Assembly: GCA_038104735.1 (NCBI GenBank)
Contig: JAYOBI010000007.1
Location: 9,780 to 73,779, forward strand
Reading direction: 5' to 3'
Length of the DNA stretch: 64,000 bases
Source of the DNA: Gammaproteobacteria bacterium
GTDB taxonomy: Bacteria; Pseudomonadota; Gammaproteobacteria; Pseudomonadales; Azotimanducaceae
Shown here: positions 1 to 8,842 of the stretch, in pieces
Numbering within the stretch: position 1 is the stretch's first letter
Layout of the letters: every line of letters begins with the position of its first letter
Translations under genes and position numbers: made by a program
Notes under the pieces: generated by a model
Told to the model about the DNA's origin: nothing
Databases searched by the model: none
Seen by the model: the letters and a program-made list of their open reading frames with translations, nothing else

Positions 1-18
1 CAGGACAAGGATGAAAAC

Positions 19-1950
19 ATGCTGCAACAACTAAGAGATCAAACCCAATCCACAGGTTTCAAAATACTGGTGGTGGCGATTATTTTGGTACTGACGTTGT
101 TTGGCTTTGGCGCGACGAACATCTTTCTAGGCTCCACACCGAGTATCGCCGAAGTGGGGGATGTTGCCATTACGGAAGGCGTGCTATCGGTTGAGACTGA
201 GCGTGAGCGCCGGCGTTTACTATCGCAAATGGGTCCTGAGTTTGATCCCAATGATATCGACCGGTTGGAGCTGCAAAACTACGCCTTAGAGCAACTGATT
301 AATCGCCAGGTGCTGTATCAGGCTGCCGGATCCCTGGGAATCAGCCTGTCTGAGAACGCGGTTAACCAACGGTTGCTCGAGAGCCCAATGTATCAAGTTG
401 CGGGCCAGTTCAACGAGGCAGTATACCGACAACAACTCCAGTTGATGGGATTCACGCCAGTGCAGTTTGTCGCCGAGGTCCGGCAGGGCCTTGGCTCAGA
501 GCTGTTGCGAGCAGGGGTTGCCAACACCAGCTTTACCGCGGATTGGGAAATCGCCAGCGCTACCGCGCTGTTAAACCAACGCCGGGATATGGCATTTCTG
601 AGTTTGGAAATCGCCGACTACCTACCGCAGGTAGAGGTAACCGACGATGACCTGCAACTGCGTTACGAAGAGGATCAGAGCGCTTACCTCACTGAGGAGC
701 GCGTGGACGTTGAATGGGTTGAACTGACCTTAGCGTCCCTTGAAGAGAAGGTGGCAATCGACGATAGCGAAGAAACGCTGCGTCAAATCTACGAGCAGGA
801 TATAGCGGCTCGTGGGGATTCTGCGCAGCGTGATTCTGACCACATTCTGGTATTGGTCGATGAGGGCACCGATGAGGCGACGGCCTTAGCAAAAATACGC
901 GATGCAGCCCAGCGCTTGGCCGCAGGAGAAGACTTTGCTGCCTTGGCCCGAGAGATCTCTGAGGATCCCGGGTCAGCAGAGAATGGCGGAAATCTAGGCC
1001 CGGTAACCAAGGGCGCGTTCGATCAGGCGTTCGAGGACGCCTTATGGGCGCTAAGCACGCCTGGCGAAGTGTCTGAACCTGTGCGCACGGAGTTCGGCTA
1101 CCACCTGATTCGCCTCAAAGAAATAAGCGAGGCCGAGGTGCCAACCTTTGAAGCAGAAAGGGCGGGCATTCTCGCGAATCTTCGTGCGGAAGCGGCCCTG
1201 GAGATTTTTGATGCACGAATCGATGAGTTAGAGCAGGGTGCTTTTGAAGAACGATTCGGTCTTGCCCAAACAGCTGACGATTTGGCGTTGCAGATTCAGC
1301 AAACTCAAGGGGTCACCCAGGCCGGCGCGCCAACCTCTGGTGAAGGGCTCTCCACAGTTGCAGGGATATTCGACAATCCGGCAGTGATCGAAGCATTGTT
1401 TTCGCCGGAGGGCATCGACGGGGAGAACAGTCCGGTGCTGCGATTGAGTGACGATCGGGCGGTAGTTGTTCGCGCGTCCAGCCATTACCCTGCAACTCAG
1501 CTCGCCTTTGCCGACGTGAAGGACCAGATCGCCGAGCAGCTGCGGCTGGAGTCTGCCCAAGGCCTCATCGAAGCGGACAAGAATCAGGCTCTTGAGCAGC
1601 TGTTGGATGGTGCGTCGGTGAGCGATGTCGCGAACCAGCTCGGTAAGCGGTGGAATCGGCGAGACATGATTGCTCGTAATCAGGTTGATTTGGCGCCTGC
1701 AGCAGTTTTAGCCAGTGCCTTCGCGCTACCAAGGCCTTCGGCGGGCGGTAAAAGCGTGGACGCCACGGTAACCGAAACGGGTAGTGCTCTGGTCGTGGTA
1801 ACCAAGGTTGTGGCTGGCGACGTTAGTGCAACCCAAGACAACGTCGTGGCTCAGCTCGGGCAGCAGATTCAGGCTCGTGACCAACAGCTGGAATTTGCCG
1901 CGTTTTTTGCTGCAGCGGAAGAGGCCGTGGGAGTCACTCGGCCTCAGTAA
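19..1950 (+). CDS. ppiD: Periplasmic folding chaperone PpiD (SurA_N + parvulin PPIase)
   Basis: N-terminal TM anchor, SurA-like N domain, parvulin motifs (SHIL-like DHIL, FAALAREISEDPGSAENGGNLG, VRTEFGYHLI); 643 aa. Confidence 0.92.
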   Translation: MLQQLRDQTQSTGFKILVVAIILVLTLFGFGATNIFLGSTPSIAEVGDVAITEGVLSVETERERRRLLSQMGPEFDPNDIDRLELQNYALEQLINRQVLYQAAGSLGISLSENAVNQRLLESPMYQVAGQFNEAVYRQQLQLMGFTPVQFVAEVRQGLGSELLRAGVANTSFTADWEIASATALLNQRRDMAFLSLEIADYLPQVEVTDDDLQLRYEEDQSAYLTEERVDVEWVELTLASLEEKVAIDDSEETLRQIYEQDIAARGDSAQRDSDHILVLVDEGTDEATALAKIRDAAQRLAAGEDFAALAREISEDPGSAENGGNLGPVTKGAFDQAFEDALWALSTPGEVSEPVRTEFGYHLIRLKEISEAEVPTFEAERAGILANLRAEAALEIFDARIDELEQGAFEERFGLAQTADDLALQIQQTQGVTQAGAPTSGEGLSTVAGIFDNPAVIEALFSPEGIDGENSPVLRLSDDRAVVVRASSHYPATQLAFADVKDQIAEQLRLESAQGLIEADKNQALEQLLDGASVSDVANQLGKRWNRRDMIARNQVDLAPAAVLASAFALPRPSAGGKSVDATVTETGSALVVVTKVVAGDVSATQDNVVAQLGQQIQARDQQLEFAAFFAAAEEAVGVTRPQ

Positions 1951-1997
1951 AGCTGGTTTGTAACAGCGTGGGGGACACACAGCTTATCCCCCACTGT

Positions 1998-3608
1998 TTA
2001 TCCCCCCACAACGTCCACATAAAGAGTCAGGCCTTGACCGGGCTGCAGGTAGCGTTTGGGTTGAAGGTCGTTCCACTCCAGAATATCGCCCACGCTCAAC
2101 CTAAAGCGCTGGGCGATACGGCTCAATGAATCACCACGTCTCACCCGGTAGTTGATTTTACGAATTTTGTTTGGTGGAAGGTCGGTCGCGGCGGGCAGCA
2201 CACCAGTATCCGGTAAGAGGAGGGTGCGCCCTACCCGAAGAACGTCCCTAGGCCCGATCTTGTTTAAACGCACCAAGGTGGCCACGCTAGTGTCCATTCG
2301 TTTGGCAATCAGCCACAGAGAATCACCCTGACGCACCGTATAAGTCGGCAAGTTGGTAGCTGCCGTATTCCGGCCTCTCGCGGATACCGGTACCTGGAGC
2401 GTCTGGCCAATTTGCAGTAGGTCGGTGTCAAGCTGGTTCAGGCGCAGCAGATCTCTTGCGCTGGCGCTGTGCTCCTCGGCCAGTTCGCTTAGCGTGTCTC
2501 CAGAGCGGACAACTATCGTTTTCCAAGCCATCCGCTCTTCTGGCGAAACGCTCTTTAGGCGCGCCATGGCTTCCTGCTCAGCATCATCCAGGGCCGTTAA
2601 CGTGCTGCCTTCCCCAGGGGCAAAAGTGTCTGCTTCTAAATTTTCGGCAGCGTTAGCTTGCCAATCCTTGCTGGTCCATTTTCTTGGCAGGATCAATTGC
2701 AGCGAATCGGATGCGTTCCAGCGAGCCTGTTTCAACGCCGGATTGAACTCATAGATTTGCGCGGCCTCCATGTTTAACGTTTGCGCAAGAACGCTGACGT
2801 CAAAGGCACCGGGTAATGTCAAAACAAGCAAAGGATCTAAATCGTCAACCACTGGCAGCGTAACGCCGAAAGCTTCGGGGTTGGCAACGATGGCGGAAAT
2901 TGCCAATAGCCTAGGCACATAGGCTTGGGTTTCTCTTGGCAAACGCTGGTGAAAGAAATCCTGACTCTTGTTCCGGCGTAAGGCTTTGGCAACGGTGCCA
3001 CCCCCCGCATTGTAGGCAGCCAGGGCAAGCAGCCAGTCGTCAAAACGCCGGTGTAAATCCTCGAGGAAGTCCAGGGCAGCCCCGGTAGAGGCCACGACGT
3101 CGCGTCGGCCGTCGTACTGGGCCGTCATAACCAGTCCATATTGCTGGGCGGTTGGGCGCATGAACTGCCAGAGGCCATTAGCTCCGTAGGGAGAAAACGC
3201 ATAAGGGTCTAAGGCGCTCTCGATAATGGGCAGCAGCGCTAACTCCGCAGGCAAATTCCGAGCATTCACCTGGCTGAGGATATAGGGCAAATAGCGTTGC
3301 ATTCTGGGTCCCAGCCGAACCCAGTATTGGGGATTTTGCTGCAGCCAGCGCAGTTCCTGAGCGACCCGTTTTTCCTCAACACGATGGTTCAGCCTCATAC
3401 CTCGGCGCAGGTTGTGCCAAAGGTCAGCTTGGGCTTGGGAATCTTTCGTGGTGACGCTGGGGGCGTCCACTGCTGCAGGCTGCAATGAATCGCTGTCGGA
3501 TAGATCCGGCGATGGCGCATTGGGCACTGTGCTTTGCACCTGTGCAGTGGAGGTTTGCGCAGCCGGGTCGCGGGCTGTATCTGTTAAACCAGCGCAGCCT
3601 ACATGCAA
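1998..3608 (-). CDS. mltD: Membrane-bound lytic murein transglycosylase D (SLT + 3 LysM)
   Basis: IES catalytic Glu, GLWQFM, AYNAG, RETQAYVP; three LysM repeats (VRSGDTLS, VRQGDSLW, VRRGDSLS). Confidence 0.93.
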   Translation of the reverse strand: MHVGCAGLTDTARDPAAQTSTAQVQSTVPNAPSPDLSDSDSLQPAAVDAPSVTTKDSQAQADLWHNLRRGMRLNHRVEEKRVAQELRWLQQNPQYWVRLGPRMQRYLPYILSQVNARNLPAELALLPIIESALDPYAFSPYGANGLWQFMRPTAQQYGLVMTAQYDGRRDVVASTGAALDFLEDLHRRFDDWLLALAAYNAGGGTVAKALRRNKSQDFFHQRLPRETQAYVPRLLAISAIVANPEAFGVTLPVVDDLDPLLVLTLPGAFDVSVLAQTLNMEAAQIYEFNPALKQARWNASDSLQLILPRKWTSKDWQANAAENLEADTFAPGEGSTLTALDDAEQEAMARLKSVSPEERMAWKTIVVRSGDTLSELAEEHSASARDLLRLNQLDTDLLQIGQTLQVPVSARGRNTAATNLPTYTVRQGDSLWLIAKRMDTSVATLVRLNKIGPRDVLRVGRTLLLPDTGVLPAATDLPPNKIRKINYRVRRGDSLSRIAQRFRLSVGDILEWNDLQPKRYLQPGQGLTLYVDVVGG

Positions 3609-3753
3609 GGCCCCGGCACAGGTTAGCGCCGCTAATCGGACAGTGATTTGGGTAAAACGGTAGCTTACAAAGTTAATGTTGATGTAGCCTTTTGTCTGAA
3701 ATTTCCAAAGCCGCGAATGCTAGCAGCTTCGCGACCGACAGGGTAAGTAGTCT

Positions 3754-4593
3754 ATGACTCCGAACACGCCGCCAGGCGGCCAGAGCAACCTTTGGCGCAG
3801 TACCCTAGGGCACCGCTTGGCGGAACACCAGGCGACCCTATTGCAGCCCCTGCTGCGACGGATGCTTGGGGACGCCGTGCTTTGGATCGGCGAAGAAAAC
3901 ACGATGCCCAATGCCTTGGCCCAGTGCATGGTGAGACTACCGGTATTTGTCACCAACTCCTCCTTGGCGGCACCCAGAGCAGCCGATGCCGTTCAGTGTA
4001 TTCAAGCATCCTGTGACCACCTACCCTTTGCCTCTAACTCTCTGGATGGCGTTGTTCTGCATCACACACTTGAGACTCACGCAGATCCTCGGGCATGTAT
4101 CCGCGAGGTGGAGCGAGTGCTGAAGCCCGGAGGGCGCTTGCTAATCTGTAGTTTCAACCCATTCAGCTTAACGGGATTGCGCGCATGGCTAGCTCGGAGC
4201 AGGGATAACCCGCTGCGCGGACGCCGCTTAATCAGTCCAATCCGTCTTTTAGACTGGCTGGCGCTGCTAAATCTCAGTCTTGACCAGCCCCCTTGCTACA
4301 GGGTCTTGCCGGCACCGTCAGTGCAAAAGTTTCGGCAACGATGGTCCAGGCGAGGCCATACCAGCGTGGGTAAGGTTATGGTTAGGCCCGGGATTTTTTT
4401 AGGTCAATGTTGGAGTAAGGTAGCGCCGCTGTTGATGCCTTTGTTCCGGCAGCTGCCTGTTGGCGGTGTGGTCGTGTTAAGTGCCTATAAGGTTCGCCAA
4501 GGAGGCAAGCTGATCGGCCGCACGGTGCTAACGCAAACGCGCAAGCGTGGATTGGTGTTGACGCCCACGGTCCAATCACGGCGGGACGGCTAG
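3754..4593 (+). CDS. YafS-like class I SAM-dependent methyltransferase
   Basis: HLPFASNSLDGVVLHHTLE...IREVERVLKPGGRLLICSFNP; conserved position upstream of rnhA. Confidence 0.8.
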   Translation: MTPNTPPGGQSNLWRSTLGHRLAEHQATLLQPLLRRMLGDAVLWIGEENTMPNALAQCMVRLPVFVTNSSLAAPRAADAVQCIQASCDHLPFASNSLDGVVLHHTLETHADPRACIREVERVLKPGGRLLICSFNPFSLTGLRAWLARSRDNPLRGRRLISPIRLLDWLALLNLSLDQPPCYRVLPAPSVQKFRQRWSRRGHTSVGKVMVRPGIFLGQCWSKVAPLLMPLFRQLPVGGVVVLSAYKVRQGGKLIGRTVLTQTRKRGLVLTPTVQSRRDG

Positions 4594-4637
4594 CGTGTTG
4601 AAATTGTTTCTTGCTCGGTACAGGAGCTACAAGATTA

Positions 4638-5078
4638 ATGACGATTGAAGTTTTTACTGACGGTGCCTGTCGAGGTAACCCTGGTCCCGGTGGGTGGGCG
4701 GCCTTGGTGCGCAAGGATGGTGCCGAAGAGGTTTTTGCTGGCGCTGAAGGGCAGACAACGAACAACAAAATGGAGTTGATGGCGGCTATTCAGGGATTAG
4801 AGCAGTTAACCCCAAACTCCCAAGTCAGCTTAACCACAGACTCGCAGTACGTGCGCCAGGGTATCACCCAGTGGATCCACGGTTGGAAGCGCAATGGGTG
4901 GAAGACCTCCCAGCGACAACCCGTCAAAAATCAGGAGCTCTGGCAACGCCTTGATGCTGCAGTGGCTAAGCTCCAGGTGGAATGGCATTGGGTAAAGGGA
5001 CATAGCGGACACCGAGAAAACGAGTTGGTGGACGAGGCTGCCAACGCGGCAATAGACGCTATGGAAGCGGGCCGATGA
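4638..5078 (+). CDS. rnhA: Ribonuclease HI
   Basis: [37 protein letters not shown] at 4638 chosen over the upstream TTG at 4611. Confidence 0.97.
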   Translation: MTIEVFTDGACRGNPGPGGWAALVRKDGAEEVFAGAEGQTTNNKMELMAAIQGLEQLTPNSQVSLTTDSQYVRQGITQWIHGWKRNGWKTSQRQPVKNQELWQRLDAAVAKLQVEWHWVKGHSGHRENELVDEAANAAIDAMEAGR

Positions 5079-5794
5079 GGCAAGTGGTGCTTGATACAGA
5101 AACCACTGGCCTCGAGGTGCTGAATGGGCATCGCATCATTGAGATCGGAGCGGTGGAGGTTGTGAATCGGCGCTTAACCGGGCGCACGTTCCACAAGTAC
5201 GTGAATCCAGATCGGGAAATTGATGACGGCGCCAAGGATGTTCACGGCATTACTGAAGCTTTCCTCGCCGACAAACCGCGGTTCGCTGACGTTTGGCCAG
5301 AGCTGGATGCTTTTCTTCGGGGCGCAGAACTGGTTATTCACAACGCACCCTTCGACGTGGCGTTTCTAGATTCAGAAATAGCGCGCTTGAGGCCGGCCTC
5401 TAATCAGTCAGTCCAACGGCTTGAGGATTTCTGTCAGATTACCGACTCATTGGCCATTGCTCGACACAAGCATCCCGGGCAGAAAAACAGCCTAGATGCG
5501 TTATGTCGCCGTTACATGGTTGATAATTCCCAGCGTCAGCTGCACGGCGCCTTGCTGGATGCAGAGATCCTTGCTGACGTTTATCTATTGATGACCGGCG
5601 GCCAGGCCCAGATGTTTTCCGGTGGGTCCTCTCAGGAGGGGGAGGCCGCCGCAGAAACTCAGGAACGCCCTCAAGCAATGGACGTGTCGGGCTTGAAAGT
5701 GATCAGCCCGGTGGCTGAGGAAGTCGAGGCCCATGACGCCATGCTTTTGTTGCTGGATCAGCACAGTGACGGGCAGACGCTATGGCGTCGTTAG
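5075..5794 (+). CDS. dnaQ: DNA polymerase III epsilon subunit
   Basis: [24 protein letters not shown]; ATGA overlap with rnhA. Confidence 0.97.
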   Translation: MRQVVLDTETTGLEVLNGHRIIEIGAVEVVNRRLTGRTFHKYVNPDREIDDGAKDVHGITEAFLADKPRFADVWPELDAFLRGAELVIHNAPFDVAFLDSEIARLRPASNQSVQRLEDFCQITDSLAIARHKHPGQKNSLDALCRRYMVDNSQRQLHGALLDAEILADVYLLMTGGQAQMFSGGSSQEGEAAAETQERPQAMDVSGLKVISPVAEEVEAHDAMLLLLDQHSDGQTLWRR

Positions 5795-5907
5795 TTTCTT
5801 TAAGCCGCCGACAGCGGCGCTGCCGATAAGGGCGTTAAAGCTCCGTTACGCGCGGCTCTAAAGCCAAGCTGTCGACGCTAACGCGGCCAGCCGCAGGCCC
5901 AGTCGGA

Positions 5908-6546
5908 TTACGCTTCTGCACTCTGGATTTTGACCGCCTCAAAGCTACCCTGCTGCAATGCGGCGACAAGGTCTTGCTCATTGGCTATGGGTTGGTCGAA
6001 CCGCGTGCCGCACCGACCAATGTGGCTGACGATGTGCGCGTCGCTACCGCCAATACCTCGGTAGCCTAATGTTTTGGCCATATCGATTGACACTTGGTCC
6101 TCATTGTCGCGGCTGCCGCCATTATAAATTTCGACGATTTCAACGCCTTCAGGTACGCCAAATTCTTCCAGGTGAGCTGACATTCCAACGCGCTTCCTTC
6201 CCGGGTGGCAAGGTACAGCCACGGCGTTGTGGGCTTTGCAGGCAGCAATCACGTCCGCAAGAGCCAAGTGAATATTAGTAAAGTCGAAAGCTTCCTGAAG
6301 TGCCGGAGTAACCCCGAATACCAGGACATGGCCATACTCAGTCTCGACTTCAGCCCCTTTCAGAATTGTTAAGTCAAATTTTTCCCCCAGTTCAGAATAA
6401 TCGGATTCATTATCGAACTGACGATGTTCGGTAAGCACAAAGCCGTCGATAGGAATATTTTTGGCGCTAATCCACTGACAATAGTTTTGTACCTTAGCGC
6501 GACCGTCGTCGGATTTGATGGAGTGAGCGTGTAGATCCAAAATCAT
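5908..6546 (-). CDS. Stand-alone PHP-domain phosphoesterase
   Basis: DLHAHS (HxH), TEH, HP and GGSDAH (DxH) metal-binding motifs. Confidence 0.85.
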   Translation of the reverse strand: MILDLHAHSIKSDDGRAKVQNYCQWISAKNIPIDGFVLTEHRQFDNESDYSELGEKFDLTILKGAEVETEYGHVLVFGVTPALQEAFDFTNIHLALADVIAACKAHNAVAVPCHPGRKRVGMSAHLEEFGVPEGVEIVEIYNGGSRDNEDQVSIDMAKTLGYRGIGGSDAHIVSHIGRCGTRFDQPIANEQDLVAALQQGSFEAVKIQSAEA

Positions 6547-6577
6547 GGAAAGTTCCCCTGAAAATAAAAGTTAGTAG

Positions 6578-7183
6578 CTAGGTGATGGCGGCCCAAAGCG
6601 CTTCGATCTGCTTCACAAGGTGTGCCTGATCGGCGGAATTATCGATAATCTGGCTGGCGTGTTGACGTCGTTGGTCGTTGCTAAGCTGGGCGTCCAGTCG
6701 AGCCTGTACCGCCGCTGGATCCAGATTGTCGCGGGCGCAGGCTCGTTCAATAGCAACGGTCGGGTCCACCATGGTTACCCACACCTGGTCAACCAGGTCC
6801 AGCCATTGGGCCTCGATTAATACGGCTGCCTCTAAAACCACGGGCCTTGTAGCGTCGGCTTTCAGGGCCGCGGTAATTTCGGCTTCAGCCATCCGACGAA
6901 TGGCTGGCCAGACGATGTCGGTGAGTTGTTTCAATCCGGCCTCATTGCCGAACACCTTGCTGCCCAGAACTCGACGATCGATTTCGCCATCGTCGCCCAC
7001 TACGTCAGTGCCAAAAGTGGTTACCACTTGATTGAAGGCGTCACTGCCCTTGAGATAGGCGGAATGGCCAAGCTTGTCCGCGTCGATCACGTAAGCGCCG
7101 AGAGAGCCTAGTGTTTTTGCTACGGTAGATTTGCCCGATGCGATACCACCTGTAAGACCAATGATCAAAACGACGCTCCCCAA
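6578..7183 (-). CDS. coaE: Dephospho-CoA kinase (atypical, COASY-like)
   Basis: P-loop [26 protein letters not shown], RDNL...QLS; TTG start. Confidence 0.9.
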   Translation of the reverse strand: [201 protein letters not shown]

Positions 7184-7240
7184 AAACTATCAATTCTATC
7201 CGGCTGGTCACGGGAATTCGACCACGGGTATGATGGCGCC

Positions 7241-7579
7241 ATGAATCGTTTTCAACCAACTATCAACATCACCTTCGTCCAACCTGATGGCACTAGGGAA
7301 GTGCACGCCGGGCCGATCGGGGATCATGTAATGGATGTGGCTGTGGATAACGGCGTGCCGGGCATCATTGGGCAGTGTGGAGGCGGCTGCACCTGCTGTA
7401 CCTGCCACGTTTGGGTTGATCCCCAATGGCGGGATCTGGCCGGGCAGCCTCACGGCGACGAAGCGGAGTTGCTAACCTACGCTGCGGGGGTATCCCCGCG
7501 GAGCCGTCTAGCCTGTCAGATGCGTTTGACCGAGGATTTGGATGGCTTAGTGGTAGAGATACCTTTTGAGGCCGGCTAG
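7241..7579 (+). CDS. 2Fe-2S ferredoxin (adrenodoxin/putidaredoxin type)
   Basis: CGGGCTCCTCHV ... SRLACQ. Confidence 0.9.
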   Translation: MNRFQPTINITFVQPDGTREVHAGPIGDHVMDVAVDNGVPGIIGQCGGGCTCCTCHVWVDPQWRDLAGQPHGDEAELLTYAAGVSPRSRLACQMRLTEDLDGLVVEIPFEAG

Positions 7580-7956
7580 AGCAGATTAGCGTCGTGGCCG
7601 ATGCGAGAGGCACTGAAAGCCAGTAGCAATGCGCAAACCAGTTCAAAGGCGATGAATACGGTGGCAAATTCAGCGCCGTAAACTGCCCAGGCTAAAGTGC
7701 GGAAGGTGGCGGCGAGAAAGAGCAAGAGGCCGGCACTTTGCAGGTAGTGGCCCTTCTTTGTAATAGCCCCCATCCAGCACATCACGGCGGTGAAAACAAA
7801 GAAGGCAGTGAAGTCACCCAACTGCGTGCTTCTAGCCAGGCCCTCTAGGTAGGGCATACCCAGGCTCGCCGCTGCTGCGCTGGGATCAAAAATCCAGGAG
7901 ATCGAGTTGAGGGTCATGACGGTACCGATTAGACCGGCGATGATGCGGTAGGCCAC
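7576..7956 (-). CDS. Small 4-TM membrane protein (DUF4345-like)
   Basis: Four hydrophobic segments; GTG start; 4-nt overlap with the end of the ferredoxin gene. Confidence 0.6.
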   Translation of the reverse strand: MAYRIIAGLIGTVMTLNSISWIFDPSAAAASLGMPYLEGLARSTQLGDFTAFFVFTAVMCWMGAITKKGHYLQSAGLLLFLAATFRTLAWAVYGAEFATVFIAFELVCALLLAFSASRIGHDANLL

Positions 7957-8096
7957 AGGTGATTTCCTCTTGCTAGTGGGTACGCTCTAAGACCCAAATC
8001 CTAGCCTTAGCACCCAAGGCTTTTCAATTCCTCGGGGCTAATTGGGTTTCCGCCACAGCCCACGTACTATGAGCGCCAGACAATAAGAGGTCGCAG

Positions 8097-8768
8097 ATGA
8101 AGTTAGCCGAGAAAAAAATCGTTATCACCGGTGGAGCCGGAGTCTTAGGTCAGGGCGTTGCGCGAGTGGCTCAGGCCCAGGGGGCAGAAGTGGTGCTGCT
8201 GGATGTAGTTGTGCCCAACGAAGATACTGTCGGTAGGTTGCTACAGGTAGACCTTACCGACCCCGATGCGCTCTCAGCTTGTTTTGACCAGATCGGTGAC
8301 TTTGATGTACTGGCTAACATCGCCGGTGGCTTCGATATGGGACCGGCGGTTTGGGAAACCGATGACGAGTTGTGGGACGCTTTGTTCACGATAAACGTAA
8401 CCACTCTGCGTCGAGTGCTTAGTGCCGCAGTGCCGCGCCTGGTTGCTCGAGGCCGGGGCAGTGTGGTCAATGTAGGGGCCCTGGGGGCATTAAGAGGTCA
8501 GGGCAATATGGGTGCTTATCTGGCGTCAAAGTCTGTCGTCATGCGCCTTACCGAGTCTCTAAGCGAGGAAGTAAAGACCGCCGGCGTCAATGTGAATGCA
8601 GTTCTGCCAACGGTAATTGACACGCCGCGCAACCGTAAGGATATGCCGGATGCGGATCCTGCCCTGTGGGTGGATCCTGAAGATCTGGGTCAAGTGATTT
8701 GCTTTCTCGGCAGTGACGGCGCCAGGGCCGTGCACGGTGCGCTGGTGCCGGTCTGCGGCTTGTCCTGA
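8097..8768 (+). CDS. Short-chain dehydrogenase/reductase
   Basis: ITGGAGVLG, NIAGG, YLASK (YxxxK), NAVLP. Confidence 0.9.
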   Translation: MKLAEKKIVITGGAGVLGQGVARVAQAQGAEVVLLDVVVPNEDTVGRLLQVDLTDPDALSACFDQIGDFDVLANIAGGFDMGPAVWETDDELWDALFTINVTTLRRVLSAAVPRLVARGRGSVVNVGALGALRGQGNMGAYLASKSVVMRLTESLSEEVKTAGVNVNAVLPTVIDTPRNRKDMPDADPALWVDPEDLGQVICFLGSDGARAVHGALVPVCGLS

Positions 8769-8842
8769 CAGCGCACTAAAACCGCCTGGAGGGCAGGGAG
8801 AGTAGATATCTCTACTGCCCTGGCCGTTACCTTTACCCAGGC

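Noticed and set aside
8790-8821. Bulged hairpin AGGGCA..GTAGA-TATC-TCTAC-TGCCCT between convergent genes
   Set aside because: No U-tract and a single copy; may be a weak bidirectional terminator but is not supportable as a REP or ncRNA.
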